This document shows positions 1 to 10,223 of a stretch of 64,000 nucleotides of DNA, in pieces; positions within the stretch are counted from its first letter, which is position 1; the number at the start of each line of letters is the position of its first letter. Source of the DNA: an uncultured Gemmatimonadales bacterium (GTDB lineage: Bacteria > Gemmatimonadota > Gemmatimonadetes > Gemmatimonadales > GWC2-71-9); contig CAWJIM010000023.1 of NCBI GenBank assembly GCA_963842945.1, forward strand, positions 64,001 through 128,000, read 5' to 3'. A program made the translations under genes and the position numbers. A model generated the notes under the pieces. The model saw nothing but the letters and a program-made list of their open reading frames with translations. It did not search any database and was not told the origin of the DNA.

Positions 1-402
1 GGCAGCGTTCTGCTCTTCAGCCGGGCGCAGCTCAACAATTACAAATCCGCTCACCCGAACCAGAACTTTCGGATCATCGCGCTGGAAGACGATGACACTG
101 GGTGCGTCATCAAGTTCGACGCCAACCGTTTCAAGAACGTCATCAGCACCATTCAGGCACAGTACCCCAACCTTACCGGGGCCAAGGACACCAGCAGCTC
201 CACGCTTGCAGGGATCGTGAAGCGAGCCAATGCGCTCCAGAAGATCCTGTCCGCGGTGTACTCGTTCCTAACCACCCAGGACGATTTCATCGGAAATGCA
301 GTCGAAGACGTCGTGGTCGGTCAGTCCTTCCCCGGCGCCAACTGGATTATCAAGGGAGAAAACAACGTCACCAATGGTTGGGCCAAACTGGAGATGCGCT
401 GA
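1..402 (+). CDS. Hypothetical protein, C-terminal part (runs off the window start)
   Basis: Frame 1 is open from base 1 (GSVLLFSRAQ...EDDDTGC...WAKLEMR) to TGA at 400-402; next gene starts 1 nt later. Confidence 0.7.
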   Translation, partial: GSVLLFSRAQLNNYKSAHPNQNFRIIALEDDDTGCVIKFDANRFKNVISTIQAQYPNLTGAKDTSSSTLAGIVKRANALQKILSAVYSFLTTQDDFIGNAVEDVVVGQSFPGANWIIKGENNVTNGWAKLEMR

Positions 403-403
403 T

Positions 404-1006
404 ATGAAATCCACCGTCCCAAACGGTCTGCTCTGCGTTCTAGCGCTTTCGATGGGTGCGCCCACCGAAGTGTTGAGTCAGTGGTCCCTATCACTGGGCG
501 TGGAGTCGGACCGCTTTTGGGGCGGATCACTCGAGAATGCCCCCGAGCCGAGGTCTTTTCGCCCGTATCGTCCCACTGTGTTTGCATTGGGAGTGGAGCA
601 TCGCTTTGGAAGCATCGGGCTGGGACTTCACGCCACGTATACGGAGGCGGCTCTGGGCCTCGAAGGCAACGCGGGCGTGGTGGCGGTTAACGACGCGTTT
701 ACGGTGGTGGGGCTTGCGCCCGAGGTCAGCTACCCGATCGCGGCGCTCGGGGCCAACCGGCTCATCCTCCATGCCGGGCCGCTCATCGAGTTCTGGCACC
801 CGATCGACTCGGAGTCGCGCACCCGGGCGGGGGCACGCGGAGCCGCGTCCCTGCTGGTTCCCCTCGGCGGCCGGTTCGGCCTCTCCCTCGCCGGCAGCCT
901 CGCGGTCATCTCCTCACCTTTCCACACCGATGAGCTACTCCAGGAATACGAACGTCAGGCGCTCTGGCGGAGAGGGTTTGCCGGATCGCTGCAATACCAG
1001 TTCTAG
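404..1006 (+). CDS. Small outer-membrane beta-barrel protein
   Basis: Signal-peptide-like N-terminus (MKSTVPNGLLCVLALSMGA), alternating amphipathic strands, C-terminal LQYQF. Confidence 0.6.
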   Translation: MKSTVPNGLLCVLALSMGAPTEVLSQWSLSLGVESDRFWGGSLENAPEPRSFRPYRPTVFALGVEHRFGSIGLGLHATYTEAALGLEGNAGVVAVNDAFTVVGLAPEVSYPIAALGANRLILHAGPLIEFWHPIDSESRTRAGARGAASLLVPLGGRFGLSLAGSLAVISSPFHTDELLQEYERQALWRRGFAGSLQYQF

Positions 1007-1076
1007 TGGGAAAAGGTCCGGTGATGTCGCGTCAGGGCGGAGCGAAGCGCCTATAACAAGTAGTGCCGCCGTACCA

Positions 1077-1703
1077 TCATCGGGCCTTCCCACCCTCGAA
1101 GAATTCAACGACCCCGGTCTCCAGAGAGTACTCCGCACCAACCACCCGCAGGCCACCTTCCTGGATCAGCTGTTCCAGCACCTCGGATCCGTGTCGCAGA
1201 TGGTTCACCGACGCCCTGATGTTGGCGCGCACCGCCTGCTGAATGAGCGCCTCCCGGTCATGCCTCAACGGGGTGGCCAGAAGGCTCTCCACCGACGGCC
1301 GCACCCGGTCTACGATCGCGCGAAGATTGCGCGACTGATTCTCGCTGGGCCGTTGCAGCTCCTCCAGCGTGGCGAGAATGGCGCCGCACTGCGAGTGGCC
1401 GAGAACCACCACCAGCCGGGTCTCGTAGCGCGCCGCGGCAAACTCGACGCTGCCCACCTGCGAGGGCGCCACAATGTTCCCGGCCACCCGGATGACAAAG
1501 AGGTCACCCAACCCCTGATCGAACACAATCTCCGCCGGCACACGCGAATCGGAGCAGCCGAGAATGATGGCGAAGGGTTGTTGTCCCGCGGCAACCTCAG
1601 ACCGCCGGGTTCCCGTGAGACCATCGCTCGAGCGGCTTCGTTCCGAGACAAACCGGAGGTTTCCGGCCCGCAGTCGCTCGAGAGCCTCCGCCGCTGGAAC
1701 CAT
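1077..1703 (-). CDS. Beta-class carbonic anhydrase
   Basis: GCSDSRV, GDLFVIRVAGN and GHSQCGA zinc motifs; ATG overlaps the glpK stop (TAATG). Confidence 0.93.
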   Translation of the reverse strand: MVPAAEALERLRAGNLRFVSERSRSSDGLTGTRRSEVAAGQQPFAIILGCSDSRVPAEIVFDQGLGDLFVIRVAGNIVAPSQVGSVEFAAARYETRLVVVLGHSQCGAILATLEELQRPSENQSRNLRAIVDRVRPSVESLLATPLRHDREALIQQAVRANIRASVNHLRHGSEVLEQLIQEGGLRVVGAEYSLETGVVEFFEGGKAR

Positions 1704-3184
1704 TACTGAGTCCGCCGAGCCCAGGCCAGAGCCGCCCCTACGGCTCGGCGCCAACCCGCCAGCAGCGTCTCGCGCTGTGTCGCAGTCATTCGGGGCTCGA
1801 ATCGAGTAAATCGGCGGCCCGCAAGGAACTCGTCGCTGGTCTTCCACACGCCCAGCGCCAATCCGGCCAGGCCAGCGGCGCCCAGTGCCGTGGTCTCGAA
1901 CATATCGGGTCGCTCCACCGGAATCCCCAGAATGTCGGCCTGGAACTGCATCAGCCAGTCGTTGGCGGCGGCGCCCCCATCCACCCGGAGCGCCGGAACC
2001 TCGAGATGCTCCCCTTCCGTCATCGTGGCCAGCAGCTCCGCACTGTTGAATGCCATAGCCTCCAATGCCGCCCGCACCAGATGGGCTCGGGTTGTGCCCC
2101 GGGTTATCCCGGTGATCGTACCTCGCGCCTCGGGCTCCCAGTACGGCGTTCCCATGCCCACAAAAGCCGGCACGAGATAAACGCCACCGGTGTCGGCCAC
2201 GCTGCGCGCATGCTTCTCGCTCTCGGCCGCGTTGCTTAGGATACCCAGGCCATCCCGGAGCCACTGGATGGCGGCGCCGGCAATGAACACGCTCCCTTCC
2301 AGCGCGTACCACGGCTCTCCGCCGGGTCCGCAGGCAACGGTAGCCAGAAGCCCGCGCGGCGGGACCGGTGGTCGTGGGCCGGCAAGCACAAGCAGAAAGG
2401 CCCCGGTTCCATAGGTATTCTTGGCCAGGCCAGGGGTAACGCAGCCCTGCCCGAACAACGCGGCCTGCTGGTCACCTGCCAGACCACCGATGGGAATCGA
2501 GAAGCCCAGGTGAGTCGAATCCAACTCGCCTACAACTTGTGATGAGCTGGCCAGCGAGGGCAGCACCTCGCGGGGTACGCCGAAGAGCGCGAGCAGATCG
2601 GGGTCCCAGTCCCGTGAGCGAATGTTGTACAGCAGGGTGCGCGAGGCGTTGGTGTGATCGCTCACGTGAATCCGGCCGCCGGTGAGCTTCGCCACCAGCC
2701 AGCTCTCGACCGTACCGGCCGCCAACTCGCCCCGAGCGGCGCGCGTCCGGAGTTCGGGATCCCGCAGCAGCCACTCCAGCTTGGTGGCGGAAAAGTAGGG
2801 ATCCGCGACAAGACCGGTGTGCTCCCGCAGCATCTCCTCGAGGCCGGCGTGGCGCAGTTCCTGACATCGCTCGCTGGTCCGCCGATCCTGCCACACGATG
2901 GCCGGAGCAACCGGCGCGAGGGTTCGCCGGTTCCACAGCACCACCGTTTCCCGTTGATTCGTGATACCCAGCGCGACGGGCTTTTCCCGCGACCCGGAGA
3001 GCGCCTCCCGCATGGCCTCGAGGGAAACCCGGAAGATCTCATCCGGGTCATGCTCCACCCATCCAGGTTGGGGGAAATGCTGAGTGAATTCCCGGTATCC
3101 TCGACCGAGCACCCGCCCGTCCTGATGGATCACCAGTGAGGTTGATCCGGTGGTCCCTTGATCGAGCGCCAGAATCGAGGGCAC
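1703..3184 (-). CDS. glpK: Glycerol kinase
   Basis: DQGTTGS, GITNQRET, WQDRRT, GDQQAALFGQ, KNTYGTG, LEGSVFIAG, VDGG motifs. Confidence 0.96.
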   Translation of the reverse strand: MPSILALDQGTTGSTSLVIHQDGRVLGRGYREFTQHFPQPGWVEHDPDEIFRVSLEAMREALSGSREKPVALGITNQRETVVLWNRRTLAPVAPAIVWQDRRTSERCQELRHAGLEEMLREHTGLVADPYFSATKLEWLLRDPELRTRAARGELAAGTVESWLVAKLTGGRIHVSDHTNASRTLLYNIRSRDWDPDLLALFGVPREVLPSLASSSQVVGELDSTHLGFSIPIGGLAGDQQAALFGQGCVTPGLAKNTYGTGAFLLVLAGPRPPVPPRGLLATVACGPGGEPWYALEGSVFIAGAAIQWLRDGLGILSNAAESEKHARSVADTGGVYLVPAFVGMGTPYWEPEARGTITGITRGTTRAHLVRAALEAMAFNSAELLATMTEGEHLEVPALRVDGGAAANDWLMQFQADILGIPVERPDMFETTALGAAGLAGLALGVWKTSDEFLAGRRFTRFEPRMTATQRETLLAGWRRAVGAALAWARRTQ

Positions 3185-4224
3185 TAGTCGATGATCCGGG
3201 CGACGTCCTTGGGCGCGACAACGCCGCGGTCCGTGACGATCGCGGTCACCAGCTCGGCGGGGGTGACATCAAAGGCGGGATTCCACACTCCAACTCCACT
3301 CGGTGCGGAACGCTGGCCGCGCCAAGCCATGATCTCTTCGGGCGAGCGCTCTTCAATCGGGATTGCCGCCCCGTTGGGAGTGGCCAGATCGATGGTCGAC
3401 GACGGCGCGGCCACGTAAAAGGGGATGTCATGGGCCCGAGCGGCAAGGGCCAGCCCATAAGTGCCGATTTTGTTGGCGACGTCGCCGTTGCGCGCAATGC
3501 GGTCGGCTCCGACAAAGACGGCCCGCACATCGCCCAGACGAAGACGGCTGGCCACCATACTGTCGGCAATGAGGGTGACCGGCACGCCGGCGCGCTGCAG
3601 CTCCCAGGCGGTAAGCCGGCTGCCCTGGAGCAGCGGCCGAGTCTCGGGCACGATCACGTGCGGCTCGCCTCCCGCCCCGTGTTGCACATAGACCGGCGCG
3701 AGCGCGGTACCGATCCCTCCGGTTGCCAGAGCACCGGCGTTGCACACGGTGCACACCGTGGCTCCGCGCGGAATCAGGGCGGCACCCAGTTCCCCGATCC
3801 GGTCGCACATCCTGCGGTCCTCATCCCAAATGGCGGTCGCCTCCTCGAGCAACGCGGCCTGCAAATCGTCCCCTTTCCCAACCGCGGCCTCAGCCCGGCG
3901 CGCCATGCGATTCAGCGCCCACCGGAGATTGACCGCAGTCGGCCGTGTCGCTCCGAGCCGCGAGCACGCCTCCCGTATAGTTGACATTGCGTCCTGCACC
4001 GCTGCCTCGCTGCCCCGCTGCCCCGCTGCCATTACCACTCCCATTGCCGCCGCTATGCCAATGAGGGGGGCACCTCGAACCCGGAGCGAGCGAATCGCCT
4101 CCGCCAGCTCCTCCAATGTCCGAAGCTCCACGTAGCGCTCTTCTTCCGGAAGCAGCGTCTGGTCGAGAATCCGGATCGTCTGATCCGCGCTCCAGCCGAT
4201 TGGCGAGGGAATGGTGCTGAGCAT
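3184..4224 (-). CDS. mtnA: S-methyl-5-thioribose-1-phosphate isomerase
   Basis: LDQTLLP, VRGAPLIG, TRPTAVNL, CNAGALAT, ETRPLLQGSRLTAWEL, GADRI, NKIGTY, NPAFDVTP. Confidence 0.95.
   Translation of the reverse strand: MLSTIPSPIGWSADQTIRILDQTLLPEEERYVELRTLEELAEAIRSLRVRGAPLIGIAAAMGVVMAAGQRGSEAAVQDAMSTIREACSRLGATRPTAVNLRWALNRMARRAEAAVGKGDDLQAALLEEATAIWDEDRRMCDRIGELGAALIPRGATVCTVCNAGALATGGIGTALAPVYVQHGAGGEPHVIVPETRPLLQGSRLTAWELQRAGVPVTLIADSMVASRLRLGDVRAVFVGADRIARNGDVANKIGTYGLALAARAHDIPFYVAAPSSTIDLATPNGAAIPIEERSPEEIMAWRGQRSAPSGVGVWNPAFDVTPAELVTAIVTDRGVVAPKDVARIID
4000..4030 (-). repeat. Octamer repeat (RGGCAGCG, about 4 units) inside mtnA
   Basis: Plus strand reads CGCTGCCT CGCTGCCC CGCTGCCC CGCTGCC; encodes AAGQRGSEAA. 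Confidence 0.75.
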
Positions 4225-4235
4225 GAGGAGAAGAT

Positions 4236-4345
4236 AGTCGCGAGCCGCGAGTCGCGAGCCGTGGAAGCGGGTACCAGGGTGCCTGCATCAATGTAGGTTT
4301 GGTACCGACCGAAAACCCTCAACTCGTGACTCTTGACTCGCGACT
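4236..4345. repeat. Inverted pair of heptamer tandem tracts between mtnA and crotonase
   Basis: AGTCGCG AGCCGCG AGTCGCG AGCCGTG (4236-4263) and CTCAACT CGTGACT CTTGACT CGCGACT (4318-4345). Confidence 0.75.
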
Positions 4346-4349
4346 GACT

Positions 4350-5129
4350 ATGGCATCTTCCCTCACATTCGATCTCACCGACGGAATCGCTCGAGTCACC
4401 ATCAACCGTCCCGACAAGCTCAACGCGCTCAACGCGATTGTCATCGCCGAGCTGGCCGACGCGGTCACCCGGATCGAAAGCGATTCGGCGATCCGGGGCG
4501 TCATCATCACCGGCGCCGGCAGCAAGGCATTTGTGGCCGGCGCCGACATCAACGAGCTGACCGAGCAGGGCGTGACCGGAGGCCGGAAACGGGCGCTCGC
4601 CGGGCAGGCCGTGTTTCGCTGTCTGGAGCGCTGCGGAAAGCCGGTCATCGCTGCGGTGAACGGATTCGCTCTGGGTGGAGGCTGTGAGCTTGCGATGGCC
4701 TGTCATCTTCGGATTGCAAGCGAGAACGCGAAGTTTGGGCAGCCCGAGGTCAAGCTCGGAATAGCCCCGGGATACGGAGGCACGGTTCGACTGCCCCGCC
4801 TCATCGGCAAAGCGCGGGCCCTCGAGCTCCTGCTCACGGGTGACATGATCGATGCCGAAGAGGCGCGGCGAATCGGACTGGTCAACCGGGTGGTGCCCGC
4901 GGACCGGCTTCTGGCAGAGGCAGAGTCTCTGCTACGAGCCATTCTGGCCAACGGCCCCCTCGCCATTCGCGCCTGCCTGGAAGCGGTCGACATCGGCTCG
5001 GACATGACGCTGGATCAGGCATTGTTGCTGGAGGCCGGATCTTTTGGCCTTCTCTCTGCCACCGAGGACATGCGCGAGGGCACCAAAGCGTTTGTCGAGA
5101 AGCGGAAGCCCGGCTTCAAAGGGAAATAG
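4350..5129 (+). CDS. Enoyl-CoA hydratase/crotonase family protein
   Basis: NRPDKLNALN, FVAGADI, VNGFALGGGCELAMAC, FGQPEVKLG. Confidence 0.93.
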   Translation: MASSLTFDLTDGIARVTINRPDKLNALNAIVIAELADAVTRIESDSAIRGVIITGAGSKAFVAGADINELTEQGVTGGRKRALAGQAVFRCLERCGKPVIAAVNGFALGGGCELAMACHLRIASENAKFGQPEVKLGIAPGYGGTVRLPRLIGKARALELLLTGDMIDAEEARRIGLVNRVVPADRLLAEAESLLRAILANGPLAIRACLEAVDIGSDMTLDQALLLEAGSFGLLSATEDMREGTKAFVEKRKPGFKGK

Positions 5130-5170
5130 TCGCCCTGCAATTCCACTCCTCAACCGACTATTTTTTGGGG

Positions 5171-5614
5171 ATGCAGAACAGGGGAAAACCCCCGAAAAAG
5201 ATTCGGCTTCGGGGTGGCATCACCAGCGTGGTGAGCCTCTGCGCTGCGGTGCTCGCGGTGGGTTGCGACGAGCGTGAACGACTGACCTTTCCCACCCCGA
5301 GCGATGGTGTTGGGCCGATCACCGTCATCGATCGACCCAACGCCCCCGACACGATGGTCACCGCCGGGCCAGACTACTTCGTCAACGGGCGGACGATCGA
5401 TCCGGACGGCGTGGATACCGTCTATTTCTTGGTCATCGGCGGCAACCAGAACTTTCAGCCGTTCGTCCCCCGCCCGCCGAGCGATACGGTGCGGTTTGGC
5501 TTGCCGATCACGACCGCGGGCCGTGAGGGAGACACGATCCAAGTACAGATCCACGGGGTGGATTCTCAGGGGAATCCCGGCAACACCTCGTTTCGGCAGA
5601 TCTTCGTTCAGTAG
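5171..5614 (+). CDS. Hypothetical lipoprotein with one beta-rich domain
   Basis: Lipobox-like VLAVGC; stop overlaps the recF GTG. Confidence 0.65.
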   Translation: MQNRGKPPKKIRLRGGITSVVSLCAAVLAVGCDERERLTFPTPSDGVGPITVIDRPNAPDTMVTAGPDYFVNGRTIDPDGVDTVYFLVIGGNQNFQPFVPRPPSDTVRFGLPITTAGREGDTIQVQIHGVDSQGNPGNTSFRQIFVQ

Positions 5615-6675
5615 TGCGGCTGCGGAACCTGATCGCCCGAGGGTATCGAAACCTGGCGGACCTGGAGCATGAGACTCCGCCGCGTGGCGTCGTCCTGCTC
5701 GGTGCCAACGCCCAGGGCAAGACCAATCTGCTGGAGGCGATCTACTACCCGGTACTGTTCCGCTCGTTCCGCGGAGCACCCGACCAGCAGGTGAGTGGTG
5801 GCAGCCTTGGGTTCCATGTAGAGGCGCAGCTGGAGGGCTCCAGCCGTCAAGCGGTGGCGGCCACCTATCAGGCCCGCAAGAAGCGCATCACGGTGGATGG
5901 CGAGGAGATTGGAAGGCTGGCCGACGCGGCCGGAACCTGGCTGGCCGTCGCGTTCCTGCCCTCTGATCTCGGCTTGGCCTCGGGACCGGCCGCCGTTCGG
6001 CGACAGTATCTGGATCGCTTGCTGTCTCTTGCCAGCAAGCGTTATCTGCTGGCGCTCAGCCGGTACCGTGGAGCGCTGGCGCAACGGAACAGCGCTCTGA
6101 GGCAGGGCCGTTCCGATCTGGCGCAGGCATTCGACGGGCCGCTGAGTGCCGCCGGCGCCGAGCTGATCCGGGCGCGGATCGAGTTCGCAAAGTGGGCGGA
6201 GCCGCAGTTCACGGCCGAGTTCGATTGTTTGGGCGAGCGGGGCACCGCCCGGCTGGAGTACCGCTGCCGGAGCGAGCTCGCCCAGCAGGAAGCCTGGAGC
6301 GAGCTCCTGGCGGCAAGCCTGGCAGATGATCGGGCGCGGGGCATGACCACGGTAGGTCCGCACCGGGACGACCTGATCCTGGAAATCGGAAATCGCGGGC
6401 TCCGGGACTACGGCTCGACCGGACAGCAACGCAGCGCGGCGGTTGCCCTGAAGCTGATCGAGATTACGGCGCTGCGTGAGGCCCGCGGCACCGAGCCGGG
6501 GCTTCTGCTAGACGACGTGTTTGCCGAGCTCGATCGGGACCGTCAAATCCGGTTGGCGCGGCGCTTGATGGGGCCGGAGGATCGGCAGGTGTTCGTGACC
6601 AGCCCTCGGGCCGACGAGCTGCCGCCCAATCTGGAGCTGCCGGTATGGAAGATGGAGGATGGGAGAATTGTTTGA
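5614..6675 (+). CDS. recF: DNA replication/repair protein RecF
   Basis: GANAQGKTNLLEAIY, GPHRDDL, GSTGQQRS, LLLDDVFAELD. Confidence 0.96.
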   Translation: MRLRNLIARGYRNLADLEHETPPRGVVLLGANAQGKTNLLEAIYYPVLFRSFRGAPDQQVSGGSLGFHVEAQLEGSSRQAVAATYQARKKRITVDGEEIGRLADAAGTWLAVAFLPSDLGLASGPAAVRRQYLDRLLSLASKRYLLALSRYRGALAQRNSALRQGRSDLAQAFDGPLSAAGAELIRARIEFAKWAEPQFTAEFDCLGERGTARLEYRCRSELAQQEAWSELLAASLADDRARGMTTVGPHRDDLILEIGNRGLRDYGSTGQQRSAAVALKLIEITALREARGTEPGLLLDDVFAELDRDRQIRLARRLMGPEDRQVFVTSPRADELPPNLELPVWKMEDGRIV

Positions 6676-6759
6676 GTCCCGAGTCACGAGTCACGAGGCA
6701 ATTCAGTCACTGGCAGCCGTTAATCGGCGGATTCACTGGTGACTCGCGACTCGGGACTC
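6674..6759. repeat. 21-bp inverted repeat built of heptamers, spanning recF stop to dciA start
   Basis: GAGTCCC GAGTCAC GAGTCAC (6674-6694) versus GTGACTC GCGACTC GGGACTC (6739-6759), one mismatch. Confidence 0.85.
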
Positions 6760-6760
6760 G

Positions 6761-7075
6761 ATGACTAAGAAGAAGTCCCAACCGACTCCGCTGGCCGACG
6801 CGCTGACCAGCTACTTCAAGCAGGCCGGGCTCACCAAGCGGGTGCAGCAGGCCGGCATCATCGAGGAGTGGGCCGAGCTGGTGGGGCCGCAGATCGCCTC
6901 GGTCACCGCGCCGGAATCAGTTACTCCCGATGGCGTGCTGCGGGTCAGGGTGGCCTCGGCGCCCTGGGCCAGTGAGCTGAGCCTCATGTCGCCCAGAATC
7001 CTGGCCCGTTTGAACGCCGGCCGGTCGGGACGAGTGAAGGAGATACGATGGATGCCGGGGCCCCTGGGATCCTGA
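6761..7075 (+). CDS. dciA: DUF721/DciA family protein
   Basis: W..LVGPQIA..T.P....GVLRVRVASAPWASELSL pattern; located between recF and gyrB. Confidence 0.85.
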   Translation: MTKKKSQPTPLADALTSYFKQAGLTKRVQQAGIIEEWAELVGPQIASVTAPESVTPDGVLRVRVASAPWASELSLMSPRILARLNAGRSGRVKEIRWMPGPLGS

Positions 7076-7084
7076 ACCGCCAGC

Positions 7085-7119
7085 ACTGACGACAGACGAC
7101 TGAAAACTGACGACTGACA
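7085..7119 (+). repeat. Heptamer tandem tract between dciA and gyrB
   Basis: ACTGACG ACAGACG ACTGAAA ACTGACG ACTGACA. Confidence 0.75.
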
Positions 7120-7130
7120 TTAGCCTCTAG

Positions 7131-9086
<1,956 letters not shown>

Positions 9087-9217
9087 GGTTCCTGCCCTTT
9101 CCAGCGCATCGTCTTGCCGTAGTCGAGACTGACCACGAGGAGGGGAGCAGGCGAGGAGCCGAACCCCTCCACCCGCGACCCTTCACCGCCCTGGTGCATC
9201 TCCCGCCGCAGCACCTC

Positions 9218-9246
9218 TTGATTGAAACGGGTCGTCGGCATAGAAT
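9218..9246 (+). promoter_or_regulatory. Candidate sigma70-type promoter for the ABC operon
   Basis: TTGATT (9218-9223), 17 nt spacer, TAGAAT (9241-9246). Confidence 0.5.
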
Positions 9247-9281
9247 GTCGCCCTTACCGTAACTGCAAGCTACTAACGCAT

Positions 9282-10223
9282 ATGTCTCTACTTGCCCTCG
9301 ACGGGGTTTCCAAGCGATTCGGCGGTATCACGGCCGTCGATCAGGTCTCCTTCCAGGTAGATCGTGGTCAGGTGGTAGGCTTCCTCGGCCCCAACGGGGC
9401 CGGCAAGTCCACCACCATGCGCATGATCACCCAGTTCATCGAGCCCGACACCGGCTCCATCAAGCTCGACGGCGTCCCGCTGGATGATGCCGGCCGCGAG
9501 GCCAAACGCAGGCTCGGTTACCTCCCTGAGAACAACCCGCTCTACACCGAAATGCTGGTGTCGGAGTACCTCGATTTCGTCGGCCGCCTCCGGGAGCTGG
9601 CCGCCGCCGAGCGGCGGAGCGCAGTGGATGAGGCGGTGGCGGGAACCGGACTGGAGCCGGTGTTCCACCGTCCGATAGGGGAGCTGTCGAAGGGCTTCCG
9701 TCAACGAGTGGGGCTTGCGGCGGCCATTCTGCACCGGCCTGACCTTCTGATCCTGGATGAGCCAACCGAGGGACTCGACCCTAACCAGCGGGTCGAGATC
9801 CGCCATCTGATCGGCAACCTGGGCCGGGAGCGGACCGTGCTCCTCTCCACCCACGTGCTCCCCGAGGTGCAGTTCACCTGCTCCCGGCTCCTGATCATCA
9901 GCCAGGGCCGCATCGTGGCCGATGGGCCGGTGGATCAACTGATCGCCCGGGCCAAGGGTGCGTCCCGCATTGCAGTCGAGGCGGCGGGTAATGGGATTAC
10001 CAGCCGGCTCGGTGCGTTGCCTGGAGTTGCCAGCGTGGAGACCCACGAATCGTCTGATGGACGGGAGCGCGTGATCGTCACCGCGGCCGGCGCCGATGAC
10101 CTCCGTCCCCGGATTTTCGAGCTCGCGAAGGCCGAGCGGTGGACGCTGTACGAGCTTCACCAGGAGGCGGGCAGCCTGGAGGATCTCTTCCGCGAGCTCA
10201 CGATTCAGCAGGAGTCTGCCTGA
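9282..10223 (+). CDS. ABC transporter ATP-binding protein, GldA-like
   Basis: GPNGAGKST, LSKGFRQRVGLA, LILDEPTEGLDPNQ, LSTH. Confidence 0.9.
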   Translation: MSLLALDGVSKRFGGITAVDQVSFQVDRGQVVGFLGPNGAGKSTTMRMITQFIEPDTGSIKLDGVPLDDAGREAKRRLGYLPENNPLYTEMLVSEYLDFVGRLRELAAAERRSAVDEAVAGTGLEPVFHRPIGELSKGFRQRVGLAAAILHRPDLLILDEPTEGLDPNQRVEIRHLIGNLGRERTVLLSTHVLPEVQFTCSRLLIISQGRIVADGPVDQLIARAKGASRIAVEAAGNGITSRLGALPGVASVETHESSDGRERVIVTAAGADDLRPRIFELAKAERWTLYELHQEAGSLEDLFRELTIQQESA

